A stretch of DNA of 64,000 nt, from NCBI GenBank assembly GCA_963798845.1, contig CAWCUS010000001.1, forward strand, positions 332,999 to 396,998. The letters run 5' to 3'. The DNA comes from an uncultured Gemmatimonadales bacterium (GTDB lineage Bacteria; Gemmatimonadota; Gemmatimonadetes; Longimicrobiales; RSA9). A program made the position numbers and the translations under genes. The number at the start of each line of letters is the position of its first letter. The stretch's first letter is position 1. Positions 1 to 8,515 of this stretch are shown piece after piece. Under the pieces are notes generated by a model. That model worked only from the letters and a program-made list of their open reading frames with translations, ran no database searches and was not told the origin of the DNA.

Positions 1-599
1 AGCGCGCGGTACTTCACCGACTGGAGGAGCGATCGGGTGTCGGCGAAGCGGATGCCGTAGGCGAGGCGCATGCCGGGGAGGCCGTCGCCGCGCCCGATGA
101 AATCGGGAGAAAAGCCAGCGGTGAGGCGGGGCGCCACCTTCGCGAGGTCGCTCAGCGTGCGGAGCCCGTAGCGCTCTGCGCTCTCGCGGCGCACGGCGAT
201 GGCATACGTGTTCTGGAACCCGAGCGGAGCGAGCCACTCCACTCCCCAGCGCCGCCGGAACTCGGACCGCACGCGCCGGAGCACGACCGCCGGATCCGAC
301 GAGGGAGGCTCGCCGAGGATCGCGACCAGGCCGGTTCCCGTGTACTCCGGATACACGTCGATGGCGCCGGAGCGGAGCGCGCGAAATGCGACCTCGGTCG
401 CGCCCAGCCCGGGCCGGCGGTCGACGCGGAACCCGTCGTCCTCGAGCAGCTGCGCGAACATCTCCGCCAGCAGGTACGACTCGCCGAACGGCTTGCTGGC
501 CACGACCACGGGTCGGGCCGGGCGCGCGGCCTGGCCGGCAGCCGGCGCTGCGGCGAGCGTCGCGAGGCAGCCGGCGAGCAGGGCCGTCCTGGCCGTCAT
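1..599 (-). CDS. Glycine betaine/osmoprotectant-family ABC transporter substrate-binding protein (OsmF/OpuAC/EgtU-like); runs off the left edge
   Basis: Hand translation from ATG at 599 (overlaps the ATPase stop, ATGA): signal peptide MTARTALLAGCLATLAAAPAAG, then VVVASKPFGESYLLAEMFAQ...GLGATEVAFRALRSGAIDVYPEYTGT...LGFQNTYAIAV, typical of OpuAC-type binding proteins. Confidence 0.88.
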   Translation of the reverse strand, partial: MTARTALLAGCLATLAAAPAAGQAARPARPVVVASKPFGESYLLAEMFAQLLEDDGFRVDRRPGLGATEVAFRALRSGAIDVYPEYTGTGLVAILGEPPSSDPAVVLRRVRSEFRRRWGVEWLAPLGFQNTYAIAVRRESAERYGLRTLSDLAKVAPRLTAGFSPDFIGRGDGLPGMRLAYGIRFADTRSLLQSVKYRA

Positions 600-1336
600 G
601 CCAGCCCCGCGCGCTGGAGGAGGGCGCGCACGTAGCCGCCGTCCGCGGCAGCGCGAAGCTCGGCGGGCGTTCCCACCTGCTCGACCCGCCCCGCCCGCAT
701 CACGGCGATGCGGCCGGCGAGCCGGAACGCCTCGCCGAGATCGTGGGTGACCAGGACGCATGTGCTGCGCACGCGCTGGCGGAGGTCGAGGAACGCTTCG
801 TGGAGATCCGCCCTGGTGATGGCGTCGAGCGCGCCGAAGGGCTCGTCCATGAGGAGCACGCCCGGCCGGCCCGCCAGCGCCCGGGCGATGGCCACGCGCT
901 GGCGCTCGCCCCCGGAGAGCTCGCGTGGCCAGCGGCGGCCGTAGCGGTCCGGGGGCAGCCCCACCAGCGCGAGCGACTCTGAAGCCCTCGCGCCGGCGTC
1001 GGCGTCGCCCCGGAGCCAGGGCACCGTCGCCGTGTTGCGGACGACGGTCCAGTGGGGAAGCAGCCCGCCGTCCTGCTGGACGTAGCCGATCGAGCGGCGC
1101 AGTGCCACGGGATCGGCACAGGCGACGGGCCGTCCGCCCACCCGGACCTCGCCCGCATCCGGGGACACCATGCGGTTGAAACAGCGCAGCAGCGTGGTCT
1201 TCCCCGCCCCGCTCTCGCCCACCAGCGCCAGGCACTCGCCGGGCTCCACCTCCAGGGAGACGCCGACCAGCGCCGCCGTGCCGTCGTAGCGCTTGCCCAC
1301 GTCGCGTGCCGAGAGCGATGCCGCCGGGGCGCTCAT
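596..1336 (-). CDS. Osmoprotectant-type ABC transporter ATP-binding protein
   Basis: Walker A GESGAGKTT, IGYVQQDGGLLPHWTV, LSGGERQRV, LLMDEPFGALDAITR; start taken at MSAPAAS (1336) within ORF 596..1570. Confidence 0.92.
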   Translation of the reverse strand: MSAPAASLSARDVGKRYDGTAALVGVSLEVEPGECLALVGESGAGKTTLLRCFNRMVSPDAGEVRVGGRPVACADPVALRRSIGYVQQDGGLLPHWTVVRNTATVPWLRGDADAGARASESLALVGLPPDRYGRRWPRELSGGERQRVAIARALAGRPGVLLMDEPFGALDAITRADLHEAFLDLRQRVRSTCVLVTHDLGEAFRLAGRIAVMRAGRVEQVGTPAELRAAADGGYVRALLQRAGLA

Positions 1337-1593
1337 CAGCCCGTCCGCTCCGAAGCCGGACCCGACCGCGGGCACGCGGGTTGCCTCGTGGTCGCGGCCT
1401 CCACAGCTTCGCCCCGAGCGAGCGCTCGCACTCGAATCACGGAGACCTCCTTGGATCGTGCCGGAGCCGCACCCCTGACGGGCTCCCCGCCGTCGACGCA
1501 CCACCGCGCGGGCGGGAGATCGGGTCAACATAGGACCGGTGCCGCGGCGTCGCACTCGCCCCGCCCGCACCCGCGCACACCGGAGCTTGCGTC

Positions 1594-2550
1594 ATGCCCG
1601 ACCCGATGACGCTGGACGCAGCGAAGGCCGCGATGCGCGCGGAGGTGGCCGAGCAGCTGTCGCGTGAGCCGAGGCAGCTGTCGCCCAAGTGGTTCTATGA
1701 CCACCGGGGTTCCGAGCTCTTCGAGGCGATCACCCGCCTCCCCGAGTACTACCCCACGCGCACGGAGCGTCGGCTCCTCCATGCGGAAGCGCAGACGTGG
1801 GTCCGCGACCTGGCTCCCGGCACGCTCGTCGAGCTCGGCGCCGGGGCGGCGGACAAGACGCGGGCGCTGTTGGACGCCATGGTCCGCCAGGCGACCGGTC
1901 CGCTGGCGTTCGTGCCTGTGGACATCAGCGGCGAATTTCTGGCCGGCGTGGCGGCGTCGCTCCGCCGCGCCTACGCCACGGTGGCCGTGCATCCGGTCGT
2001 TGCGGACATGTCCCGCGGCTTCCACGTCCCCGAAAGCCTTCCCTCGCCCACGCTCTTTGCGCTGCTGGGCGGCACGATCGGCAACTTCGACGCGGGCGCT
2101 GCACGGGCCCTCCAGCGCCGGATCCGCGGCGAGATGCGGCGCGGCGACCGCTTCCTGATGGGCGTGGACCTTGTGAAGGACACGGCCATCCTGGAGGCCG
2201 CCTACAACGACCAGGCCGGGATCACGGCCGAGTTCAACCGTAACGTGATGCGCGTGCTCAATCGCGAGCTGGATGCCGATTTCGACGTGGAAGCGTTCCG
2301 TCATCGCGCCTTCTACGATGCGGATCGGGCACGCATTGAGATGCACCTGGTGGCGTCGCGCGCCACGCGGGTGACCATCCCGGGGGCCGGCTCGTTCGAC
2401 TTCGAGGAGGGCGATTCGATCCGGACCGAGATCAGCTGCAAGTTCCGGCGCGATGACGTGGAGTCCATGTTCCTGGACGCCGGGCTGCGCATGACCGAAT
2501 GGGTCACCGGTGAACCCGGCTTCGCCCTCACCCTGGCCGAGCCCGCGTGA
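1594..2550 (+). CDS. egtD: L-histidine N-alpha-methyltransferase (Methyltransf_33)
   Basis: SPKWFYD.RGSELFEAITRLPEYYPTRTE, LVELGAG, GGTIGNF, AYNDQAGITAEFN, TEISCKF. Confidence 0.93.
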   Translation: MPDPMTLDAAKAAMRAEVAEQLSREPRQLSPKWFYDHRGSELFEAITRLPEYYPTRTERRLLHAEAQTWVRDLAPGTLVELGAGAADKTRALLDAMVRQATGPLAFVPVDISGEFLAGVAASLRRAYATVAVHPVVADMSRGFHVPESLPSPTLFALLGGTIGNFDAGAARALQRRIRGEMRRGDRFLMGVDLVKDTAILEAAYNDQAGITAEFNRNVMRVLNRELDADFDVEAFRHRAFYDADRARIEMHLVASRATRVTIPGAGSFDFEEGDSIRTEISCKFRRDDVESMFLDAGLRMTEWVTGEPGFALTLAEPA

Positions 2551-2612
2551 TTGCCCGGCAAAGTCGCCCGCCGCATCTTGACCGCGGCTGTCCCGCCACC
2601 CGCTGAGCTCAC

Positions 2613-4613
2613 ATGGCCGACTTCACCGCCGTCGACTGGTTCTGGGCCGCCGCCTTCCTGCTGCTGATGGTAGGCGGGGCGTTCCTCTTCTACCGTCTCG
2701 GACGCCGCTCGGAGAGCGACTTCTTCCTGGCCGGCCGCGGTCTGCCATGGTGGCTTCCGGCCTCCTCCGTCTTCTCCACCCACACGGCGACGGACACGCC
2801 CATGTGGATCACCGGCACGGTATACGCCCACGGGCTGCGCGGGCTCTGGTACACCTTCTTCACCGCCTGGACGGCCATCGGCAGCTTCGTGTCCGCCCGC
2901 ATCTTCCGCCGCTCCCTCGCCTACACGCAGGCGGAGTGGCAGGTGCTCCGCTTCGGCGGGCTGGGCGCCGAGCTGCTGCGCGGATGGATGGCCGGCTGGC
3001 AGGTGTTCATGAACATGTTCATCCTCGGCTGGGTGGGGATCGCCATGGGCAGGGTCGGGGCGCTGGCCTTCGGCTGGCCGATCTGGGTCGGGCTGGTCGT
3101 TCCCACCTTCATCACCGCCCTCTACACTCTCGCCGCCGGCTACTGGGGCGTCGTCATGGGCGACTTCCTCCAGGGCATCGTGGCCGTCTTCGCCATCGTC
3201 CTCGTCTCGCTCGTCGGCATCGCGGCCGCGGGCGGCGGCGCCGGCGTCGTGTCAGGGCTGGATCGCCTCGGCGAGTCCTGGCGACTCGACCCGTTCCACT
3301 TCACCGGGCTCCTCAGCGGCGATTTCCCGGTGGCCTGGTTCGCCACGATGCTGGTCATCGCCGTCGTCGGCGGGTTCGGCATGGGCACCAGCATCGACTG
3401 GTACGCGGAAGCGCAGCGGATCCAGAGCGCCCGCACGGTGCGCGACGCCAGCTACGGCCTGTTTGCAGGCGGACTGGCGACGCTGGTGCGGAACGGCTTC
3501 TGGGCGGCGAGCATCGTCGCCTTCTTCGTGCTCGTGCCCGGGATGACGAACGGTGCGGAGTACGAGCTCGGGTGGTTCCGCATGGGCTTCGGGCTGCTCC
3601 CCGCAGGACTCGTGGGCGTGTTCTTCGGCGCCATCCTGGCCATCCACATGTCGACGATCTCCAGCCATCTGAACATGGGCGCGCTCTACTTCACCCGTGA
3701 CCTGTACCAGCGATACTTCCGCCCGGAGGCGGGAGAGCGCGAGCTGGTGCGGGTGGGGCGGGTGATCACTGCCGTGCTGCTGGTCGGCTCGTTCTTCTAC
3801 GGCCTGATGATGACGGAGATCACGCAGTGGCTGATCTTCGCCCTCTGGCTGATGATGGCCGGCATCTGGCTCCCCAACATCCTGCAGGTGGTCTGGTGGC
3901 GCTTCAACGCGTGGGGCTACCTGAGCGCGTGGATCGCCAACCTCGGCGTGTCCTGGCTCGTGGTCTGGGTGCTCCCCGCGTTCCACGTGATCCCGGCACT
4001 CCCAGACCACTTCCAGTTCTGGCTCCTCATGGCGCTGGGCGCCGCCGTGTTCCTTCCGGCCACACTCCTCACGAAGCCGGAGAAGATGGACCACCTGGTG
4101 CGCTATTACGTCATGACCCGGCCTCTTGGATGGTGGGGGCCGGTGCATCGCGAAGCCATGCGACAGGGGCTGATCTCGGATCATCCTTCGTCTGCAGGCT
4201 CCGTCGGTCCCAACCCGCGTTCGAGCTCGAACCCCACCGCCCCTTCGACGGGCGCCACCGCCAGGCGGCCGCTGATCCGGCGCACGTGGACGCCGAAGGA
4301 GGCGGAGGGGTGGTCGCGGGAGGACTGGATCGTGATCCTCCTCGCCCCCGTCGTCTACGCCCTCACCATGCTCGGCGTGGCGCTCGCGCTCCTGGCGCGG
4401 CCGGTGGGCTGGGCCATGCTCCTGGCCACCGTCGTCCTGGGCGCCTTCATGTACTGGGTCATCGACCCGAAGCTGCGGGCGGTGTCCGTGGAGTATGAGG
4501 AGCGCCAGTCCGGCTACCTGAAGGATCTGGAGCGCGTCCTGCGCTGGGAGGAGCCCCTCGCGGACCCGGCGACGCCGGCCGACCCGCTCGCGCCCGTCGG
4601 GGGAGGAGGCTGA
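2613..4613 (+). CDS. Sodium:solute symporter (SSS) family protein with C-terminal two-TM extension
   Basis: DFFLAGRGLPWW...STHTATDTP, YTLAAGYWGVVMGD, AQRIQSART, MSTISSHLNMGALYFTRDLY; many TM segments. Confidence 0.88.
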   Translation: MADFTAVDWFWAAAFLLLMVGGAFLFYRLGRRSESDFFLAGRGLPWWLPASSVFSTHTATDTPMWITGTVYAHGLRGLWYTFFTAWTAIGSFVSARIFRRSLAYTQAEWQVLRFGGLGAELLRGWMAGWQVFMNMFILGWVGIAMGRVGALAFGWPIWVGLVVPTFITALYTLAAGYWGVVMGDFLQGIVAVFAIVLVSLVGIAAAGGGAGVVSGLDRLGESWRLDPFHFTGLLSGDFPVAWFATMLVIAVVGGFGMGTSIDWYAEAQRIQSARTVRDASYGLFAGGLATLVRNGFWAASIVAFFVLVPGMTNGAEYELGWFRMGFGLLPAGLVGVFFGAILAIHMSTISSHLNMGALYFTRDLYQRYFRPEAGERELVRVGRVITAVLLVGSFFYGLMMTEITQWLIFALWLMMAGIWLPNILQVVWWRFNAWGYLSAWIANLGVSWLVVWVLPAFHVIPALPDHFQFWLLMALGAAVFLPATLLTKPEKMDHLVRYYVMTRPLGWWGPVHREAMRQGLISDHPSSAGSVGPNPRSSSNPTAPSTGATARRPLIRRTWTPKEAEGWSREDWIVILLAPVVYALTMLGVALALLARPVGWAMLLATVVLGAFMYWVIDPKLRAVSVEYEERQSGYLKDLERVLRWEEPLADPATPADPLAPVGGGG

Positions 4614-4614
4614 C

Positions 4615-4830
4615 ATGGACCGCGGACTCGTGACGCTGATCGGGATGAGCATCGCCTACGTGGCGTCGTTCATCGGGATGGGGCTGGCATGGTGGGCATG
4701 GCGGCGGCGCAACGACGAGCAGGCGCCCCGTACGGGCGGAAGGCAGCCCGGTCGAAGCGGGAATCATGTGGGGGGTCGGGAGCCTGTCAGCCGGCCCGCG
4801 GAGCGGAAATCGGACGGAGGCCAGGCATGA
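4615..4830 (+). CDS. Small single-TM membrane protein
   Basis: GGAGG RBS upstream, starts 1 nt after the SSS stop; hydrophobic N-terminus followed by WWAWRRR. Confidence 0.55.
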   Translation: MDRGLVTLIGMSIAYVASFIGMGLAWWAWRRRNDEQAPRTGGRQPGRSGNHVGGREPVSRPAERKSDGGQA

Positions 4831-4952
4831 ACGGGATCGCGTCCCCGCTGAGCGAAGGCCTGCTCTGGTCCTGGCTCGTCCCCACCGCCGTCTTCCTGGT
4901 GGCGGCCGGGGCGACGTGGCTGCTGTACCGAGCGTTCGCCAACCGCGGCTAG
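4827..4952 (+). CDS. 41-aa single-TM membrane peptide
   Basis: ATGA overlap with previous ORF, GGAGG RBS; MNGIASPLSEGLLWSWLVPTAVFLVAAGATWLLYRAFANRG. Confidence 0.6.
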   Translation: MNGIASPLSEGLLWSWLVPTAVFLVAAGATWLLYRAFANRG

Positions 4953-5127
4953 ACCTGCAGAGCGCCCCGGGAATCGGCCGGCTCCGCGAAGGCGGCGTCG
5001 TCCGGAGCCGCCGAAGCGGGAGCAGCCCGAATCGCGAGTGCGCGCGCAGCCGCGCCAGCGGCTGAGCGTCGAATCCACGCAGAGCGGGGTCGCGGCGCGC
5101 GCAGCGCCGCCGTGATCGACTCCCGCG

Positions 5128-6528
5128 TCAGCGGCGGCCCGGAGGCGCGCCAGCGCCCGAGGGGAACGACCCGCGCCACAGCGGATGCGCCTCCGTGTTG
5201 AACACCACCGCGTCGAAGTCCAGGGACCCGGGTGAGGCGAGGAGCCACCCGTACTTCAACGTCTCCGCGAGGAAGAAGGACTGCATTGCGTCGCTGAGCT
5301 CCATGGTGCGGACGTCCTTCACCTGGGCGAAGCCGTAGGGGGCACGCGTGTACTCGAAGATGGCGTCGAGCATGGTCCGCCCCAGGTCGCGCCAGCGCTC
5401 CTCTCCCGTGACGGTGAACAGGTAGTACGCCGACTCCAGCGCCTCAGGCCGCAGGATGTAGGCGGCGGCTGTCACGGTCATGGTGGAGTAGTCGAGCTCC
5501 TCCGGCTCCAGGCCCTTCAGCGACCACATGCGGGCGACGCTCTCCTCCAGCCGCTCCGCCCGCTCCACATCGCCGCCCAGCGCCAGGACCGCGGGGAGGA
5601 ACGCCTGCAGCGCACCGAAGCGCGTGTCGATCCGCGCCCCCGTGTCCATGTCCACCGCGCCGTACCAGAGCCCGTCGAAGCGCTCGTCGGCCTCGTAGCG
5701 GTTCACGGCGGTGACCCCTTCGTCGTACATCCGCCGCAGCTGCGGGTCATCGAACAGGATCGAGCCCTTGAGCAGGTACTCGTGCCAGGAATCGATGCGG
5801 CCGCCCACGTGCGACGCCGGTCTCTTCCACACGCCGGTCCGGACGTCGATCACCTCTCCCACGAGCCCGAGCGGGGAGCGACGCTGCCAGACCGCGTCGA
5901 TCGCGTTCCGGGCAGCGTCCATGTAGCGCGGGTCCGACGTGACGCGCGACAGAGTGCCGAACTCCAGCAGCAGCGACCCGATCTCCGCCGGATTGCTCAG
6001 CGGATCGCGCACCTCGCCCGTGCGCAGGTTGACGAAACGGTACGGCATGCCGGTCGCGGAGCGGAAGGCCGGGAGGAGCCGGTCGCCCAGGTCGGCGGCG
6101 AGCTCGAGCCAGCGGGCGTCGCCCTCCATCTCGTACGCGGTGAGCAGCGCGCCCAGGTGACGGATCGTGATCTCGAAGACCTGGACGTCCAGGTCCTGGT
6201 CGAAGTCGAGGCGTCCGAGGATCAGCTGCTTCGCCCTGGCCGCCTCAGCGTCGAGCCCCATGAGGAGCATGGTGTCGTACGCATCGACCGGAGTCATGAG
6301 GAGCGACGTGGCGTACCAGTTCCGCCCGGCGCCGGAGATGGGGCGAAGCTCGTCGTCGCCGGAGGCGCGCTCCAGATAGCCGTCCCAGGCATGGAGGAAG
6401 GCCGCGCGCACCCGCCTCGCCATGGCCGTGTCGGGCGACTGGGCCTCAACTCCGACCACGCCCGGTCCCGCCACTGCCACGAGAAGGGCGACGAGGATTC
6501 CCAACCGGCGCGGCGTCGCCCCGCTCAT
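5128..6528 (-). CDS. Glycoside hydrolase family 47 (class I alpha-1,2-mannosidase-like), secreted
   Basis: FLHAWDGY, VFEITIRHLG, AEIGSLLLEF, GRIDSWHEYLLK, LRPEALES, MQSFFLAETLKY, FNTEAHP; signal peptide from MSGATPRRLG. Confidence 0.93.
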   Translation of the reverse strand: MSGATPRRLGILVALLVAVAGPGVVGVEAQSPDTAMARRVRAAFLHAWDGYLERASGDDELRPISGAGRNWYATSLLMTPVDAYDTMLLMGLDAEAARAKQLILGRLDFDQDLDVQVFEITIRHLGALLTAYEMEGDARWLELAADLGDRLLPAFRSATGMPYRFVNLRTGEVRDPLSNPAEIGSLLLEFGTLSRVTSDPRYMDAARNAIDAVWQRRSPLGLVGEVIDVRTGVWKRPASHVGGRIDSWHEYLLKGSILFDDPQLRRMYDEGVTAVNRYEADERFDGLWYGAVDMDTGARIDTRFGALQAFLPAVLALGGDVERAERLEESVARMWSLKGLEPEELDYSTMTVTAAAYILRPEALESAYYLFTVTGEERWRDLGRTMLDAIFEYTRAPYGFAQVKDVRTMELSDAMQSFFLAETLKYGWLLASPGSLDFDAVVFNTEAHPLWRGSFPSGAGAPPGRR

Positions 6529-8279
6529 GTCCCCCCAGGTATGCCGGCGGCGTTTGCGGCGGCCCGATCGCGAACCTCGTCCTGGCGATCCTGGACTGCC
6601 TTCTCTGCCGGGCTGGAACGGAACGTCAGCCACACGTTGTCGAAGCCCATGAGATCGACCACGCTCCGCCCGGCCGCGTCATCGTAGCGGACGCTTACGG
6701 TGTCGCCGGGGCGGGTCAGGGGGAGCTCGACGGAGAGGTCGCTGGCGCCCGCGAAGACGCGGTCCTCCAGGCCCTCGAGGACCAGGTAGTACGTGGTCTC
6801 TCCGCGCCGGGTGTCCGCGGAGATGCGCAGCACCGGGGCCGTGGCGGCGGCGAGGTCCATGTCCAGGTCGGCCGCCACCACGTTTCCGCGGCTGGTGAGG
6901 CGCCGCCGGTACTGGCGCATGGCGTCGGCCACGGTCTCTCCGACGCCCACGATCTGATAGTTCTGCTGCGACACCCAGGCGTACGCCTTGGCGAGCCCCT
7001 TGTTGTCCTTCAGGATGACGAAGAACGCAGGTTGCCCGGACACGTTGTAGGGGATCGGGAATCCGGCGCGGTAGCCGGCGTTCTGCACTGCCCCCTCGGC
7101 CGACCCGCTGGCCGCCTCCTCGGTGGCGCCGGCCTGGTGGTAGAGGCGAGTCTCCTTGGTGCGGGTGTCCACGAGGGTGAAACCGATGGTGCCCTCGTCG
7201 GAGCCGACGGAAGTCATCCCCGTGTACCAGTAGCTGCGGCCGTCGTCACCGTAGACGAGCGCTGTGCCGTTCGTCGGCATGACCTGGTCCATCTCGCTCG
7301 GGTTCCACCATCCGTTGACGAGGCGGCCCCAGAGGGTCAGCTGGGAGCGGACGAAGGGCTCCGGCTGGATCCGGTCGATCCACGCCGGGGCGTCGGCGGC
7401 GTCGTAGTCCTCGATGGCGCCGGTCTGGGCGTCGACCACGACCACGCCCGTGGCGTCGTCTCCGGCGAAGCCCACGCGCTTGGCGTAGCGGGTGACCACG
7501 TAGTACGGGCGCCCGGCGTCATCGATCTCGAAGGTGTAATCGGTCAGGCCCCGGGACGTGTAGCCATGCCCGTACAGGTAGCGGCGCAGGTCGCTGCCGA
7601 ACCAGTTCCCGCCGTTGTAGAGCAGATGGATCGGCTGCCCATCCAGCCGCTGGACCATGCGGGTGTCGCGGTCGTCCGTGGCGCTCACCATGATGTAGCC
7701 GGGCGTCCCCTGCTTGCGGAACTTGAGCCACTTGAACAGCCCCGAGTGGTTGAGCGGGGCCACCCAGTACAGGCGGCCGTTCACCTGCTGGATGTTCAGC
7801 GCCCCCACGGTCACCCGGCTGCCGAGCGCCGGATCCTCGCCCAGCAGCTTGTCCGCCAGCCTCCCTGCGAGCGGCTCGTCCACCGTGCGCACCTGGGACG
7901 GGTCCACCGGCGATGTGTCCGCGGAGTAGCTCGCCGCCTTCACCTCCCCGATCAGACCGTGATAGCGGGCCGCGTGGAGCCCGACCCACGTGGTGGCCAC
8001 GGCGACGCCGAGTCCGACGACACAGATCCCAGCGAGCGCCGCGGGCCCGATCCAGCGAGGCCGCCCGGCGCTGCGCATCCGGACCAGCTCCGCGAGGAAC
8101 ACGATGAAGGTCGTGACCAGGAAGGGCCCTGCCAGGTCGGGGAAGCCCCAGGCCAGGGTGGGAGTGAAGGCGTACGCAATCGTCGCCGCCGCGACGCCGC
8201 TCAGGGCAGTGGCGCCGGGGCGCCGCGTCGCGGCGAAGGCGATCGCCGCGAAAACCAGCCCGATCAGCAGGAACGTCAT
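6525..8279 (-). CDS. Uncharacterised membrane-anchored protein (about 4 N-terminal TMs plus a large extracytoplasmic domain)
   Basis: Long ORF with hydrophobic N-terminus and plausible globular content (LYWVAPL, DYTFEIDDAGRPYYVV, PAWIDRIQP); stop overlaps the GH47 start. Confidence 0.78.
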   Translation of the reverse strand: MTFLLIGLVFAAIAFAATRRPGATALSGVAAATIAYAFTPTLAWGFPDLAGPFLVTTFIVFLAELVRMRSAGRPRWIGPAALAGICVVGLGVAVATTWVGLHAARYHGLIGEVKAASYSADTSPVDPSQVRTVDEPLAGRLADKLLGEDPALGSRVTVGALNIQQVNGRLYWVAPLNHSGLFKWLKFRKQGTPGYIMVSATDDRDTRMVQRLDGQPIHLLYNGGNWFGSDLRRYLYGHGYTSRGLTDYTFEIDDAGRPYYVVTRYAKRVGFAGDDATGVVVVDAQTGAIEDYDAADAPAWIDRIQPEPFVRSQLTLWGRLVNGWWNPSEMDQVMPTNGTALVYGDDGRSYWYTGMTSVGSDEGTIGFTLVDTRTKETRLYHQAGATEEAASGSAEGAVQNAGYRAGFPIPYNVSGQPAFFVILKDNKGLAKAYAWVSQQNYQIVGVGETVADAMRQYRRRLTSRGNVVAADLDMDLAAATAPVLRISADTRRGETTYYLVLEGLEDRVFAGASDLSVELPLTRPGDTVSVRYDDAAGRSVVDLMGFDNVWLTFRSSPAEKAVQDRQDEVRDRAAANAAGIPGGT

Positions 8280-8515
8280 CGTTCGCACCTCGTGATCCGT
8301 GTGGGTCGAGCGTCCAACCTACTGCGGGGGCGGGCGGTCCCGAAACGCCCCATGGTTCGGGTACGCCCCGCGGCGCGCCCGGCTTCAGGGGTGGCGCGAC
8401 TGCCGCGCGGCGAAACCTGCACGGCCGCATCCCCGTAGGGCTCGCAACGAAACGCGGACGGGGTCTGTCCAAGGTCGTGCCCGCGATCAGCCGCACCCGC
8501 TCCAGCCAGGGCAGC

